Shown: positions 30,003 through 39,615, numbered from the stretch's first letter. The stretch is DNA of 64,000 bases from an uncultured Chloroflexia bacterium (GCA_963698505.1 CAVORC010000052.1:4294-68293), one strand, 5' to 3'. Translations and numbers: made by a program. Notes: generated by a model not told the origin, from the sequence alone.

Positions 30003-30041
30003 GGAGGCAAGGATGACATCCCCGCGTTGAGAGCGCGCCCG

Positions 30042-31364
30042 ATGCTAGAGTCACTAGCCGTGACCGCATCACGCTCGTTCAGCGACACCGTCGGCATCAT
30101 CGGGCTGGGATACGTCGGCCTGCCTCTGGCCGTCGCGTTCGCCGATTCCGGGATGCGGGTGATCGGCTATGACGTATCCGAGACGAAGGTCTCGTCGATC
30201 GGCGCCGGTGCCTCGTACATCGAGGACATCTCCTCGGCGGAGCTTGCGCCGCTGGTCCGCTCAGGGGCGCTGGAGGCAACGACGGACCCCTCCAGGCTGG
30301 CTGACTGCGCCGCGCTGCTGATCTGCGTCCCCACGCCTCTCGGCGGGCACCGCGAACCGGACCTGTCATACGTCGTCAGCGCTGCCGAGACAGCTATCGC
30401 CAGCATGGCAGCCGGTTCCCTGCTCGTGCTCGAGTCGACGACCTGGCCGGGCACCACCCGCGAGGTGATCGCGCCCATGCTGGAGGCTGCCGGCCGCACC
30501 ATCGGCGATGACGCGTTCCTCGCGTTCAGCCCGGAGCGGGTGGATCCCGGGAACACGGTCTGGGGCATCCGCAAGACCCCCAAGATCGTCGGCGGCTACA
30601 CGGCCGCCTGCACCGAGCGGGCGAGGAGCCTCTACGAGCGGATCTGCGAGAGCGTGCACACGGTCTCGACGCCGGAGTCGGCGGAGATGGCCAAGATCAT
30701 CGAGAACACCTTCCGCGCGGTGAACATCGCGCTGGTCAATGAGCTGGCCATCCTGGCCGACCGCATGGACATCGATATCTGGGAGGCGATCGAGGCTGCC
30801 TCGACCAAGCCCTTCGGCTTCATGCCGTTCTGGCCGGGACCGGGCCTCGGCGGCCATTGCATCCCCATCGATCCGTTCTACCTGGCATGGCGGGCCCGAG
30901 CCTTCGACCTCGAGAGCGGGTTCGTGGAGCTGGCCGGACGCGTGAACGTGAACATGCCGCACTATGCGATGTCGCGCATCACGCGATCGCTCAACGGCCG
31001 TGGCAAGGCGGTGCGAGACGCGCGAGTGCTGCTGCTGGGCGTGGCCTACAAGGCCGACGTCGGCGACCTGCGTGAGAGCCCGGCCCTGAAGCTGCTGCAG
31101 CTCCTGCGCGACGCGGGCGCAGACGTGACGTACCACGACCCGCACGTGCCGACGCTTGCTGACCAGGGGCTCTCCTCGGTCGAGCTCGACGCGGGGACCC
31201 TGGAGGGGGCCGACTGTGTCGTGATCGCCACCGACCATCGCGCACTGGACCTGGCCCTGGTGGTCGAGCATGCCGACCTGGTGATGGATCTGCGCAACGC
31301 CGTGCGGCAGCGACTGACGGGCAGTCCCTCGGGTAGCGTGCCGTCCAACGTCGACGTCCTCTAG
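30042..31364 (+). CDS. wecC: UDP-N-acetyl-D-mannosamine / nucleotide-sugar dehydrogenase
   Basis: ATG at 30042 is in frame with the last 440 codons of ORF 28914..31364. Shows VGIIGLGYVGLPLAVAF, the catalytic GLGGHCIPIDP, and LGVAYKADVGDLRESPA. Confidence 0.85.
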   Translation: MLESLAVTASRSFSDTVGIIGLGYVGLPLAVAFADSGMRVIGYDVSETKVSSIGAGASYIEDISSAELAPLVRSGALEATTDPSRLADCAALLICVPTPLGGHREPDLSYVVSAAETAIASMAAGSLLVLESTTWPGTTREVIAPMLEAAGRTIGDDAFLAFSPERVDPGNTVWGIRKTPKIVGGYTAACTERARSLYERICESVHTVSTPESAEMAKIIENTFRAVNIALVNELAILADRMDIDIWEAIEAASTKPFGFMPFWPGPGLGGHCIPIDPFYLAWRARAFDLESGFVELAGRVNVNMPHYAMSRITRSLNGRGKAVRDARVLLLGVAYKADVGDLRESPALKLLQLLRDAGADVTYHDPHVPTLADQGLSSVELDAGTLEGADCVVIATDHRALDLALVVEHADLVMDLRNAVRQRLTGSPSGSVPSNVDVL

Positions 31365-31397
31365 GCGGATCGGTGCCCGTAGGCGGATCGGTGCCCG
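31362..31397. repeat. perfect 18-bp tandem duplication (TAGGCGGATCGGTGCCCG x2)
   Basis: Read directly: 31362-31379 equals 31380-31397. Copy 1 starts with the wecC TAG stop, and each copy carries a candidate GTG start for the DUF354 gene. Confidence 0.95.
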
Positions 31398-32407
31398 CGC
31401 GTCGACGGAAGGTCTGGATCGACCTCACCAACTCCCCCCACGTCCTCTTCTTCCGGCCCATCCTGCGCCGGCTCGACGACGCCGGCGTGGAGTCGGTGGT
31501 GACGGCTCGCGATTTCGCCCAGACGCTGGGACTGCTGCAGCGCTACGGCATCGCCCACACCGTCATCGGCCGTCACGGCGGCGCGTCCGTGGCAGGCAAG
31601 GGGCTGGGCCTCGCCCGGCGCTCCACGGCGCTGATCCGGTTCGGCCGCGGGCGCGGCATCACCCAGGCCGTCAGCCACGGATCGAACGACCTCGCCATCG
31701 CCGCCCGCGTGCTGCGTCTTCACAGCACCGTGCTGCACGACTACGAGGGCGCGGCGGGCATGCACCGCATCAACTTCCGGCTGGCCAGCAAGGTCATGCT
31801 GCCCGATGCCATCCCCTACGCCGCCGTCGCCGGCTTCGGGCTGTCCGAGTCACGCTACCGGCCCTACCACGGGCTCAAGGAACAGGTGGCGCTCGCCGAT
31901 TTCGCGCCTGACGAGCAGGTCTACGAGGAGCTTGGCCTCGATCGTGAGCGGCCCATCGTGGTGCTCCGGCCACCCGCCACGATGAGCCTGTACCACCGCG
32001 GCATCGAGAACACCGTCTTCGACGACGTCCTGGCGCGGCTGCTCGAGAGCGATGCGCAGGTGGTGCTGCTGCCGCGGACCCCCGAGCAGGCCGCCTCCTT
32101 CGCCGGCACGCCCCGCGTCATCATCCCCGAGCGCCCGGTCGACGGACCGTCGCTGGTGTGGGTCGCGGACGCCGTCGTCAGCGCCGGCGGCACCATGAAC
32201 CGCGAGGCGGCCGTGCTGGGCGTTCCCACCTGGACCACCTTCGCCGGGACCCTGGGCGCGGTCGACCGGGAGCTGCTGCGGCAGGGCCGGATGCAGCTGC
32301 TGGAGCGTGCGGACGACCTGGTCATCGCCAGGCGCCAGCGCAGCGTGCCGACATTCGAGGCCACCGCCGACGCGGTCACCGAGGAGATCCTGCGCACCGG
32401 GAGGTAG
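31373..32407 (+). CDS. DUF354-family protein (predicted GT-B-like glycosyltransferase)
   Basis: KVWIDLTNSPHVLFFRPILRRLDDAGVESVVTARDFAQTLGLLQRYGI matches my recollection of DUF354 N-termini. The start GTG is duplicated (31373 or 31391) by an 18-bp tandem repeat. Confidence 0.55.
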   Translation: MPVGGSVPARRRKVWIDLTNSPHVLFFRPILRRLDDAGVESVVTARDFAQTLGLLQRYGIAHTVIGRHGGASVAGKGLGLARRSTALIRFGRGRGITQAVSHGSNDLAIAARVLRLHSTVLHDYEGAAGMHRINFRLASKVMLPDAIPYAAVAGFGLSESRYRPYHGLKEQVALADFAPDEQVYEELGLDRERPIVVLRPPATMSLYHRGIENTVFDDVLARLLESDAQVVLLPRTPEQAASFAGTPRVIIPERPVDGPSLVWVADAVVSAGGTMNREAAVLGVPTWTTFAGTLGAVDRELLRQGRMQLLERADDLVIARRQRSVPTFEATADAVTEEILRTGR

Positions 32408-32437
32408 CGCGCGACGAGCCGTGCCGATCCGGTCGGG

Positions 32438-33308
32438 TCAGCGCTTCCTGATCGACTGCTTGACCTGTGGCGTGATGCGCACCGCCAGCCGGGCGCTCTC
32501 GCCGGTGCGACAGAGCCCCCGGCCGTTGACCTCGCATTCCACGACGATGCCCACCACGCACTGGCTGCGGCCGCAGGGCGACCCGTCGCCGAAGGAGCGC
32601 CAGACCGGTCCGCCGCTCATGCCCTGGGCGACGAAGGCGTTGACGTTCAGCAGGCGCGGCTCAGCCGCGACGACCGGCCACACCTCGCCGTTCATGCGCC
32701 AGAGGTTGAAGGCGTTCATGCCGTCGAAGCGTGGGTCTGCGGGGTAGCCAGCCACCTTGACCTTGCGGCCAGCCTCGAGCTGGCCGTCTCCGGCGCTGGT
32801 GGCCCACAGCCGCATGATGGCGTTGCGTGGGTACGAGCAGCCCTTCTTGGTGGTGAGCACCGCGTAGTCGTGGACCCGGCTGCCGAACTGGCGATCGGTG
32901 GCGCTGCGCTTGATGAACTTGGAGTGCGCCCACACCTTGGCCACTTCGCAGGCAGCGTAGGTCGAGCCGCCCGCCGCACTGCTGTAGGCGCGGTACACGC
33001 GGACGTTGCCGGGCAGGCCCTTGCGGAACTGGTAGCGTCCGGCAGAAGCATCGCGCACCAGGCAGTGCGCCGCGGTCACCACCTTGCGCGGAGCCACGAT
33101 GAAGCCGGTGCAGGCGACACGATCGGCGATGGTCACCAGCGCCAGGCCCCGGTGCGGTCGCTCGGCGAGGCGGGCGGGGCTGACGATGCCCCCGTCGATA
33201 CCGGCAGCGGCGCGTGCCCGGCAGTGCCGCTCCGAGCACCAGCAGCAGCGACGTCAGCAGCAGCGGCAGGCGCAGCGGCCAGCGCGCGTCATGTCCCGCC
33301 TCCGTCAC
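32438..33308 (-). pseudogene. secreted trypsin-like (S1 family) serine protease, at least one frame change near 33210
   Basis: The His motif is VVTAAHC and the Ser motif is GMSGGPV, in ORF 32438..33136. The signal peptide RWPLRLPLLLTSLLLVLGAALPG is in another frame. Candidate starts are GTG 33308 or ATG 33292; the latter forms an ATGA overlap with the GT4 stop. Confidence 0.65.
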
Positions 33309-34689
33309 GAGGTGAGCCGCCGTCGCGGATGGAGTGTCCGCTCGTCTCAGGCCCACCGTCGCGCGCCAGCTTGCGGTACAGCTCCACGAGGCCGGTGGCA
33401 GTCTGGTCCCAGGTGTAGCGGGCGAGCGCGACCTCACGGCAGTGGGCGCGCAGCGCCCGGCGCTCGTCGGCCGGCGCGCTGAGCAGATCGGCACAGGCGG
33501 CGGCGATGGCGGCCGGATCATCGATGTCGACGCAGACACCGACGCCCTCCTCCGCGGTGAGGCGACACTGCTCGTTGCCCTCGCTCACGACCACCGGCAC
33601 GCCGGCCATCATGGACTCGAACAGCTTGTTGGGCAGGTTCATCTTCTGGTTCAGGGTACGCGGCGGCTGACCCACGAAGGAGACGTCGGCACTGGCCGTC
33701 CAGGGCATGAGGTCATCCGGGCGCACGGCCGGCAGCAGGTAGATGCGGCCCGGGTGCTCCGCCACGGCAGCGGCGATCAGCGCCTCCAGTCGCCCGTAGC
33801 CCATGAACACGACGGCTGCGCCGAGCTCCATCAGTCGCGGCTGGGTCGCCGCGGCCACCAGCTCCTCCACGCCCCGGTCGACGGAGAAGCCACCCTGGTA
33901 GAGCACGATGGGGCGCTCCGGCTCGATGCCGGTCGCCTGGCGGATACGGTCGGACTCCACGACGCCCGGCTGCTCCGGTCGCCACGCCGGCGGGCAGTTC
34001 CACAGCACGGTCGGACGCGGCACGCCCCAGCGGCGCACCACCAGCTCCGCCACCGGGTCGCTCACCGCCAGGAAGGCCGACCCGTCACGGGCCCAGTCGC
34101 GCTCCCGCCGGCGCACCACCTCGCGCACGACCCAGGGCATGCGCGCGAGGCGGGCAGCCTCGGTGTGATAGTCGGCCACGTCGTACACGAAACGACCTCC
34201 CAGTCGGCGGGCGGCGTCGCGGACGACCGGCAGCACCACCAGGGACTGGGCGTGGAAGACGTCGGTCTCCGGCGCGGCCGCGACGACGGCATCGGCCCAG
34301 GGTCGCGCTCGACGGGCGTTGGCGACCATCTCCAGCGTCCGGCGCAGCGGGTGCAGCAGACGGTCGAGACCGGTCGGCGCATCCGGCGGCAGCACCTGCG
34401 CCTCGGGATCGAGCCGGATCACGCGACAGAGGGCACGTCTCACCCGGTCGGGCAGCGGCCGCAGGGCGTTGCTGATGCGGCGGTCGATGTCGAGACGCGT
34501 GAGCGCGACACCGGGTGCCAGCTCTTCCGCGGTCGGCAGGCCGGGTGCTGACCAGCCCAGGATGCGCAGCCGGTGACCATCGGCCGCCAGCGAGGTCGCC
34601 GAACGCAGGAAGCGCGAATCGAACTCGAAGGGATTGGCGGCCACGATGGTGATGTTCAGCCGGCCCGCCTGGGGCGCTGCGACGCTCAA
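33289..34689 (-). CDS. GT4-family (GT-B) glycosyltransferase
   Basis: 466-aa ORF. The C-terminal half reads IVLYQGGFSVDRGVEELV..VFMGYG...SADVSFVGQ...NLPNKLFESMMAGVPVVVSE (E-x7-E-like region). Confidence 0.8.
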   Translation of the reverse strand: MSVAAPQAGRLNITIVAANPFEFDSRFLRSATSLAADGHRLRILGWSAPGLPTAEELAPGVALTRLDIDRRISNALRPLPDRVRRALCRVIRLDPEAQVLPPDAPTGLDRLLHPLRRTLEMVANARRARPWADAVVAAAPETDVFHAQSLVVLPVVRDAARRLGGRFVYDVADYHTEAARLARMPWVVREVVRRRERDWARDGSAFLAVSDPVAELVVRRWGVPRPTVLWNCPPAWRPEQPGVVESDRIRQATGIEPERPIVLYQGGFSVDRGVEELVAAATQPRLMELGAAVVFMGYGRLEALIAAAVAEHPGRIYLLPAVRPDDLMPWTASADVSFVGQPPRTLNQKMNLPNKLFESMMAGVPVVVSEGNEQCRLTAEEGVGVCVDIDDPAAIAAACADLLSAPADERRALRAHCREVALARYTWDQTATGLVELYRKLARDGGPETSGHSIRDGGSPRDGGGT

Positions 34690-34779
34690 CGCTGGGGGTA
34701 CTCCTGGATCGGCCCCGTGCCTGGCGCGGGGCTACGCGGACCAGCCTAACGCGGACCGCGCAGATGAGCAGGTGGTCGT

Positions 34780-35562
34780 TCAGCCCTCGTCGCCATCGCG
34801 AGCCATGCGGGCGGTCGGACCGCGACCGCGCAGCTCCTCCCAGCGCAGCTGCAGCACGACCAGCAGGGCCTCGACGATGATGGACTTGGACATCTTGCTG
34901 GTGCCGACCTCTCGGTCCTTGAACACGATGGGCACCTCCGCCACGCGGGCTCCGGCGCGCGTGGCCAGGTACGTCGTCTCGATCTGGAAGACGTAGCCGC
35001 CCGAGTGCACGCGGTCCCAGTCCACCGCCTGCAGCGCCGACCGGCGCCAGGCCTTGAAGCCGCCGGTGAGGTCGTTGGGTGACAGGCGCAGGACGATCCT
35101 GGCGAAGAGCGAGCCGCCGCGCGAGACGACGCGCCGCAGGATGCCCCAGTCACGAACGCCGCCGCCGCGCGTGTAGCGCGAGCCGATGACGACGTCGGCG
35201 CGGTCGGCGAGCGGCGCCAGCAGCGCTGGCAGGTAGTCGGGCGAGTGCGACCAGTCGGCGTCCATCTGCACGACCTGGCTGGCGCCTCCGTCGAGCGCCA
35301 CCCCGAAGCCCTCGATGTAGGCCTTGCCCAGGCCCTCCTTGCCGGCCCGGTGCCGGACGCGGATGCGAGGCTCGTCCGCAGCCAGCTGGTCGGCGAGCTC
35401 GCCGGTCCCGTCGGGCGAGGCGTCGTCGACCACGAGCAGCGTCGCGCCGGGCAGGGCATCGAGGATGGCGCGGGAGATCCCGGCCAGGTTCTCAGCCTCG
35501 TCGTACGTGGGCAGGACCACCCAGGTGCCGGCGTAGCGGTCGGTGTCGGTGTGCTCGGTCAT
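34780..35562 (-). CDS. polyprenol-phosphate mannosyl/glycosyl transferase (GT2, Ppm1/DPM1-like)
   Basis: Shows WVVLPTYDEAENL, LVVDDASPDGT, KEGLGKAYIEGF, QMDADWSH, GSRY, GFKAWRR and FQIE, the typical GT2 Dpm1-like order. Confidence 0.85.
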   Translation of the reverse strand: MTEHTDTDRYAGTWVVLPTYDEAENLAGISRAILDALPGATLLVVDDASPDGTGELADQLAADEPRIRVRHRAGKEGLGKAYIEGFGVALDGGASQVVQMDADWSHSPDYLPALLAPLADRADVVIGSRYTRGGGVRDWGILRRVVSRGGSLFARIVLRLSPNDLTGGFKAWRRSALQAVDWDRVHSGGYVFQIETTYLATRAGARVAEVPIVFKDREVGTSKMSKSIIVEALLVVLQLRWEELRGRGPTARMARDGDEG

Positions 35563-35625
35563 GGGCGTTCCAGTCTAGGCGCCTGCCGCGCCCGCGGCGC
35601 GAGCAGCGAGGGACGGCGCGGCCGG

Positions 35626-37516
35626 CTAGCGCAGCGTGAGCGTGAACGCCCGCGATTGCTGTCCGCCGGCGATGTCGGTGCCCGTGACCCGCACCTTCAT
35701 GCTGCCCGCCTTGCCGGCCGGACCTGGTCTTGAGCACGATCTTGAAGGTGGTCTCGTCGAGGCGCGTGACCTTCCAGCCGGGGACCTTGTACTTGGCGAT
35801 GCCGGGCTGGTTGGCCGTGACGATGGGCTTGCCCTCGAGCGGCTCGGCGGAGAAGAGCTTGAGCGTGATCCTGTCGCCGCGCTGCAGCGACCACTTCTTG
35901 GTCCAGAGCTTGAAGGGCATCACCTGCACGCTGACGTCGTGTGCGTACGTGCCCTGCGGGCGGGTCACGCGGATGCGGGCGGTGTAGCGTCCCTCCGGCA
36001 CCTCGGCGCCGGCATCGTCGGTGCCGTCCCACACGAAGCGCGCGTCGGCCGGTGCCTCCACGGAGGCTTCGTCGAGTCCGCGCCGCACGACGTTGCCGTC
36101 GCCATCGCGGATGATCCAGCTGACGCGTGGCGTCGCGCGTGATGCGGGCCTTGAGCGCGGTCGACGGGCGCCAGCTCATCGCCGTCACCCGGGTAGAACA
36201 TGGAGGGGTTCGCGGCCGGAGCCTTCATCGAGCTCAGCACGCGGACCTTGACCTCGGCCGGGTCACCCACGTTGCCGGCGCGATCGGAGGGCGTGAGGAT
36301 GATCTTGAAGGCACCTTCGCCGACCAGCTTGCCGTCGTCCCGACGACCATCCCAGGCGAGGCTGCCGGCTCCCTTCAGCGACCACGTCGAGGTGCGCCGC
36401 ACGAGCGTGCCGTCCTTCTTGACGGCCATCTCGATGAAGGCGTTCTCCGACAGGCGGTGCGAGAGCGAGATGGTGTCGCTGATGCCGTCGCCGTTGGGCG
36501 TGAAGACAGGCTCGCTCGAGTCGGCCGTGGCCAGCGTGGCGGCCGCCTGGCTGGCGCTGACCTCGCTGATGACGGGTGGGTCGAGGTCGGGCGGCACGGC
36601 CGTGGCATCACGCCACTCGGTGGTGGTGAAGTCGAGGTCGCCGGTGAGGCCGCGCAGGTAGCCGTAGGTCGGGTGGGGATCGATGTGCACGGTGGCGCCG
36701 GGGATGCGCACCGACGGGTAGTAGCCCGGCTCGTCGCCGATCCAGCCGTTGAGCGGGTTCACGCCGCTGCGGTAGCGCGTCATGAAGACCGCGTCCATGG
36801 TGGCGTCCTCCTCGAACAGGGCGTCGACGATGTCGGCGCCGGGCTGCCAGCCCAGTGCCCACACCACGCGTGCCCCGATCGACAGGAAGCCGTTGGCGAA
36901 GTTGTCGATGCGCTCGATGGCGACGTCCCGGGTGGGGATGGCCATCCCCGAGGAGGCGTTGCCGGAGGCGTAGGAGAGGTGCGACAGGATGACGACCGCG
37001 TTGGGCGCCAGCTCGATGTTCGCGCGCAGCCAGTCGGCACCCTTGTAGACCACGTTGTAGGTCGTGCGCTTGGCGGGGTCGTCGGGGTTGAGCCCGAGGC
37101 CGTTCTTGGTCCTCTCCTGGAACGGCCCGAACGGGCTGGGCCAGCCGTTGCCGTGCCCGACGTAGACGAAGAGGTCGGCGCCGTTGGCGTGCTTCTTGAC
37201 GCGAGCCTTGGTGGCGTTGGGGTAGAGGATGCGCTTGACGTCCATGCCCTGCGCCTCGGCAGCGTCGGCGATGGCCTGCGCGTACGCCTTGTAGCGCTCG
37301 GTCACGCTGTGCACCGGACCCGAGACGATGACGGCCTTCTTGGGCCCCGGATCCTCGTCGGCGGCGGCGGCCCTCGGTCACCCAGTTCAGCGCCGAGCTG
37401 GTCAGGACGAGAGCCAGCACCGCCAGCAGGGCGACTGCCAGGCGCAGGACATCGCGACGGCGGCCGGCCAGGCGGACGCGGTGCGGCTCGGCAGCGGTGC
37501 GGTGGTGTGCGGGCAT
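35626..37516 (-). pseudogene. large secreted protein: N-terminal alpha/beta domain plus FlgD-Ig-like repeats; at least 4 frame changes (about 37375, 36170, 36124 and 35725)
   Basis: ATG at 37516 with a TM/signal LRLAVALLAVLALVLTSSAL. The core lies in ORF 35965..37314. The FlgD-Ig-like units are FTPNGDGISDT...LAWDGRRDDGKLVGEGAFKI and FYPGDGDE...FVWDGTDDAGAEVPEGRYTARIRV. The end ..RVTGTDIAGGQQSRAFTLTLR* has its stop at 35626-35628. Confidence 0.6.
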
Positions 37517-37658
37517 GTGCGTCCAAGGGTGTGCGCGCGCGCCCGCGCCGGCCATGCCGTAAAGGTCATGACCCATGCGTCCGGAAGGTCCCAGCGACCA
37601 CGCCTCGCGCCGGCCGACGGCTCGTGATCCCCTGGGCCACTCGGGCCGTTCGTGCCGC

Positions 37659-38550
37659 TCATTCCGCGGCCGCCGCCTCGTCCTCGACCTCGTCCTCGAC
37701 GCGCTTGGGCGGGGTGAACTCGCCACGCTGCAGCACCAGCACGTACTCGATGTGGTCCAGGTCTGCCTCGGGCTGGATGAGCGCGGTCTTGACCACGTCG
37801 CCGGGCTCCTCGAGCACGTCGACGACCCGGCCGATGGGGATGCCCTGCGGGTACACCGAGCGGAAGCGTTTGCCGATCTTCGCTCCCAGGGTGACGATGC
37901 GGTCGTTGATGGAGACCTTGTCGGTGCGCGGGATCTCCTCCATGGCCAGCGGCGCGGCCAGGCGACCGACGACGTTGCCGGTGGCCTCGGTGCGGTCGTC
38001 GCGTCCGGCCACGAGCGAGCTGGTGTCGTTGATGAGCGTGACGTCGGCCCAGCCCTCGCCGACGTCGGTGACGCGTCCCACCAGCGCGCCGCCCTCGGAG
38101 ACCACCGGGGCACCGTCGATGATGTCCGCCTCGGATCCACGGTCGAGCGTCACCACGCGTTCGAACTGCGAGGCCTGGCGTGTGCTGATGCGCGCCGCGA
38201 TGGTCTCGAAGCGCAGGTTGTTCTTGGTCTTGAGCAGCTTGTTGAGCCGGTCGTTCTCCGACTTCAGCGCCTCGAGCGTGGCGACCTGGTCCTCCAGCAC
38301 GTCCACGGCCAGGCGCAGGTCCTGGTTCTCGCGCCGCAGCGTGTCCACCTCGCTGAACGCGTCCAGCACCGATGTCACCGAGCGCGTGCCGTCGGAGAGC
38401 GTGTCCTGCACCGGCGCGATGGCGAACTTCACGCCGCGCCGCAGCTCCTGCACCGGCGCGCTGCCGCTGACGACCAGCATCACCACGCACGATGCCACCA
38501 GGACTGACGAAGGCGATGAGGCGGCGGCGAGCGTGACGGTCGCGCAGCAT
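37659..38550 (-). CDS. mreC: rod shape-determining protein MreC (N-terminus needs either a frame change near 38505 or a later GTG start)
   Basis: Shows the coiled coil LRRENQDLRLAVDVLEDQVATLEALKSENDRLNKLL and the beta-barrel part VVSEGGALVGRVTDVGEGWADVTLI...YPQGIPIGRVV. ATG at 38550 gives MLRDRHARRRLIAFV, then a shift into SVLVASCVVMLVV. Confidence 0.8.
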
Positions 38551-38556
38551 GGGCGC

Positions 38557-39615
38557 CTAGCGCAGCGGCCTCGAGTACGTCTCGGCCACCAGGGCACGCT
38601 CCATGGCCGGGTCGTCGATGGCTTCGAGCACGATGCCCGTGCCGCGGACGACGCAGGTCAGTGGATCGTCGGCGATGTGCACCGGCATCTGCGTCGCCTC
38701 GGCGATGCGGCGGTCGAGGCCCTGCAGCAGCGCGCCGCCACCGGCCAGCACGATGCCCTGGTCGACGATGTCGGCCACGAGCTCCGGCGGCGTCTCCTCG
38801 ATGGTGTCCTTGATGGTGCTCACGATCTGGGCCAGCGAGGCGTCGATGGCCTCGCGCACCTGTTCGGCGGTGATCTCGACGAAGCGCGGCAGGCCGGTGA
38901 GGAGGTCGCGACCACGCATGCTCACGTGCTGCTGGTCGTGGGCACCGGGATAGGCCGAGCCGATGGCGATCTTGATGTCCTCCGCGGTCCGCTCCCCCAC
39001 CAGCAGGTTGTACTCGCGTCGAGCGTAGGCGATGACGTCCTCGTCCAGCTCGTCGCCCCCGACGCGGACGCTGCGGCTGACGACGATGCCGCCGAGCGAG
39101 ATGACCGCCACCTCCGTGGTGCCGCCACCGATGTCGACGATGAGGTTGCCGCTGGGCTCGCTGATGGGCAGCCCGGCACCGATGGCCGCGGCCATGGGCT
39201 CCTCGATGAGTCGCGCCCAGCGGGCTCCGGCATTGAGCGCCGCGTCGCGCACGGCGCGCCGCTCCACTTCCGTCACCCCGCTGGGGATGCCCAGCAGCAT
39301 GCGCGGACGCGGCACCAGGCCGACGCGATCGTGCACCTTCTGCACGAAGTACTTGATCATCTGCTCGGTGACGTCGAAGTCGCTGATGACGCCGTCGCGC
39401 AGCGGCCGGATGGGGGTGATGGACGCCGGCGTGCGTCCGACCATGCGCTTGGCCTCGGCACCGATCTCGAGCACCTTGCGCGTCTTGGTGTCGACCGCCA
39501 CGATGCTGGGCTCGCTGATCACGATGCCCCGGCCACGAACGTGGACGAGCGTGTTGGCCGTGCCGAGGTCCATCCCGATATCACGGGAGAACGCACCGAA
39601 GAACGCGTCGATCAT
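38557..39615 (-). CDS. mreB: rod shape-determining actin homologue MreB
   Basis: ATG at 39615. Shows DIGMDLGTANTLV, PLRDGVISDF, IEEPMAAAIGAG, VDIGGGTTEVAVIS, GGDELD and VLAGGGALLQGLD. Confidence 0.92.
   Translation of the reverse strand: MIDAFFGAFSRDIGMDLGTANTLVHVRGRGIVISEPSIVAVDTKTRKVLEIGAEAKRMVGRTPASITPIRPLRDGVISDFDVTEQMIKYFVQKVHDRVGLVPRPRMLLGIPSGVTEVERRAVRDAALNAGARWARLIEEPMAAAIGAGLPISEPSGNLIVDIGGGTTEVAVISLGGIVVSRSVRVGGDELDEDVIAYARREYNLLVGERTAEDIKIAIGSAYPGAHDQQHVSMRGRDLLTGLPRFVEITAEQVREAIDASLAQIVSTIKDTIEETPPELVADIVDQGIVLAGGGALLQGLDRRIAEATQMPVHIADDPLTCVVRGTGIVLEAIDDPAMERALVAETYSRPLR

Noticed and set aside
28914-30041. The first 376 codons of the 816-aa plus-strand ORF 28914..31364.
   Set aside because: This part is antisense to the intact wecB gene and is Arg/Gln/Gly-rich. 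The dehydrogenase motifs begin only after the ATG at 30042.
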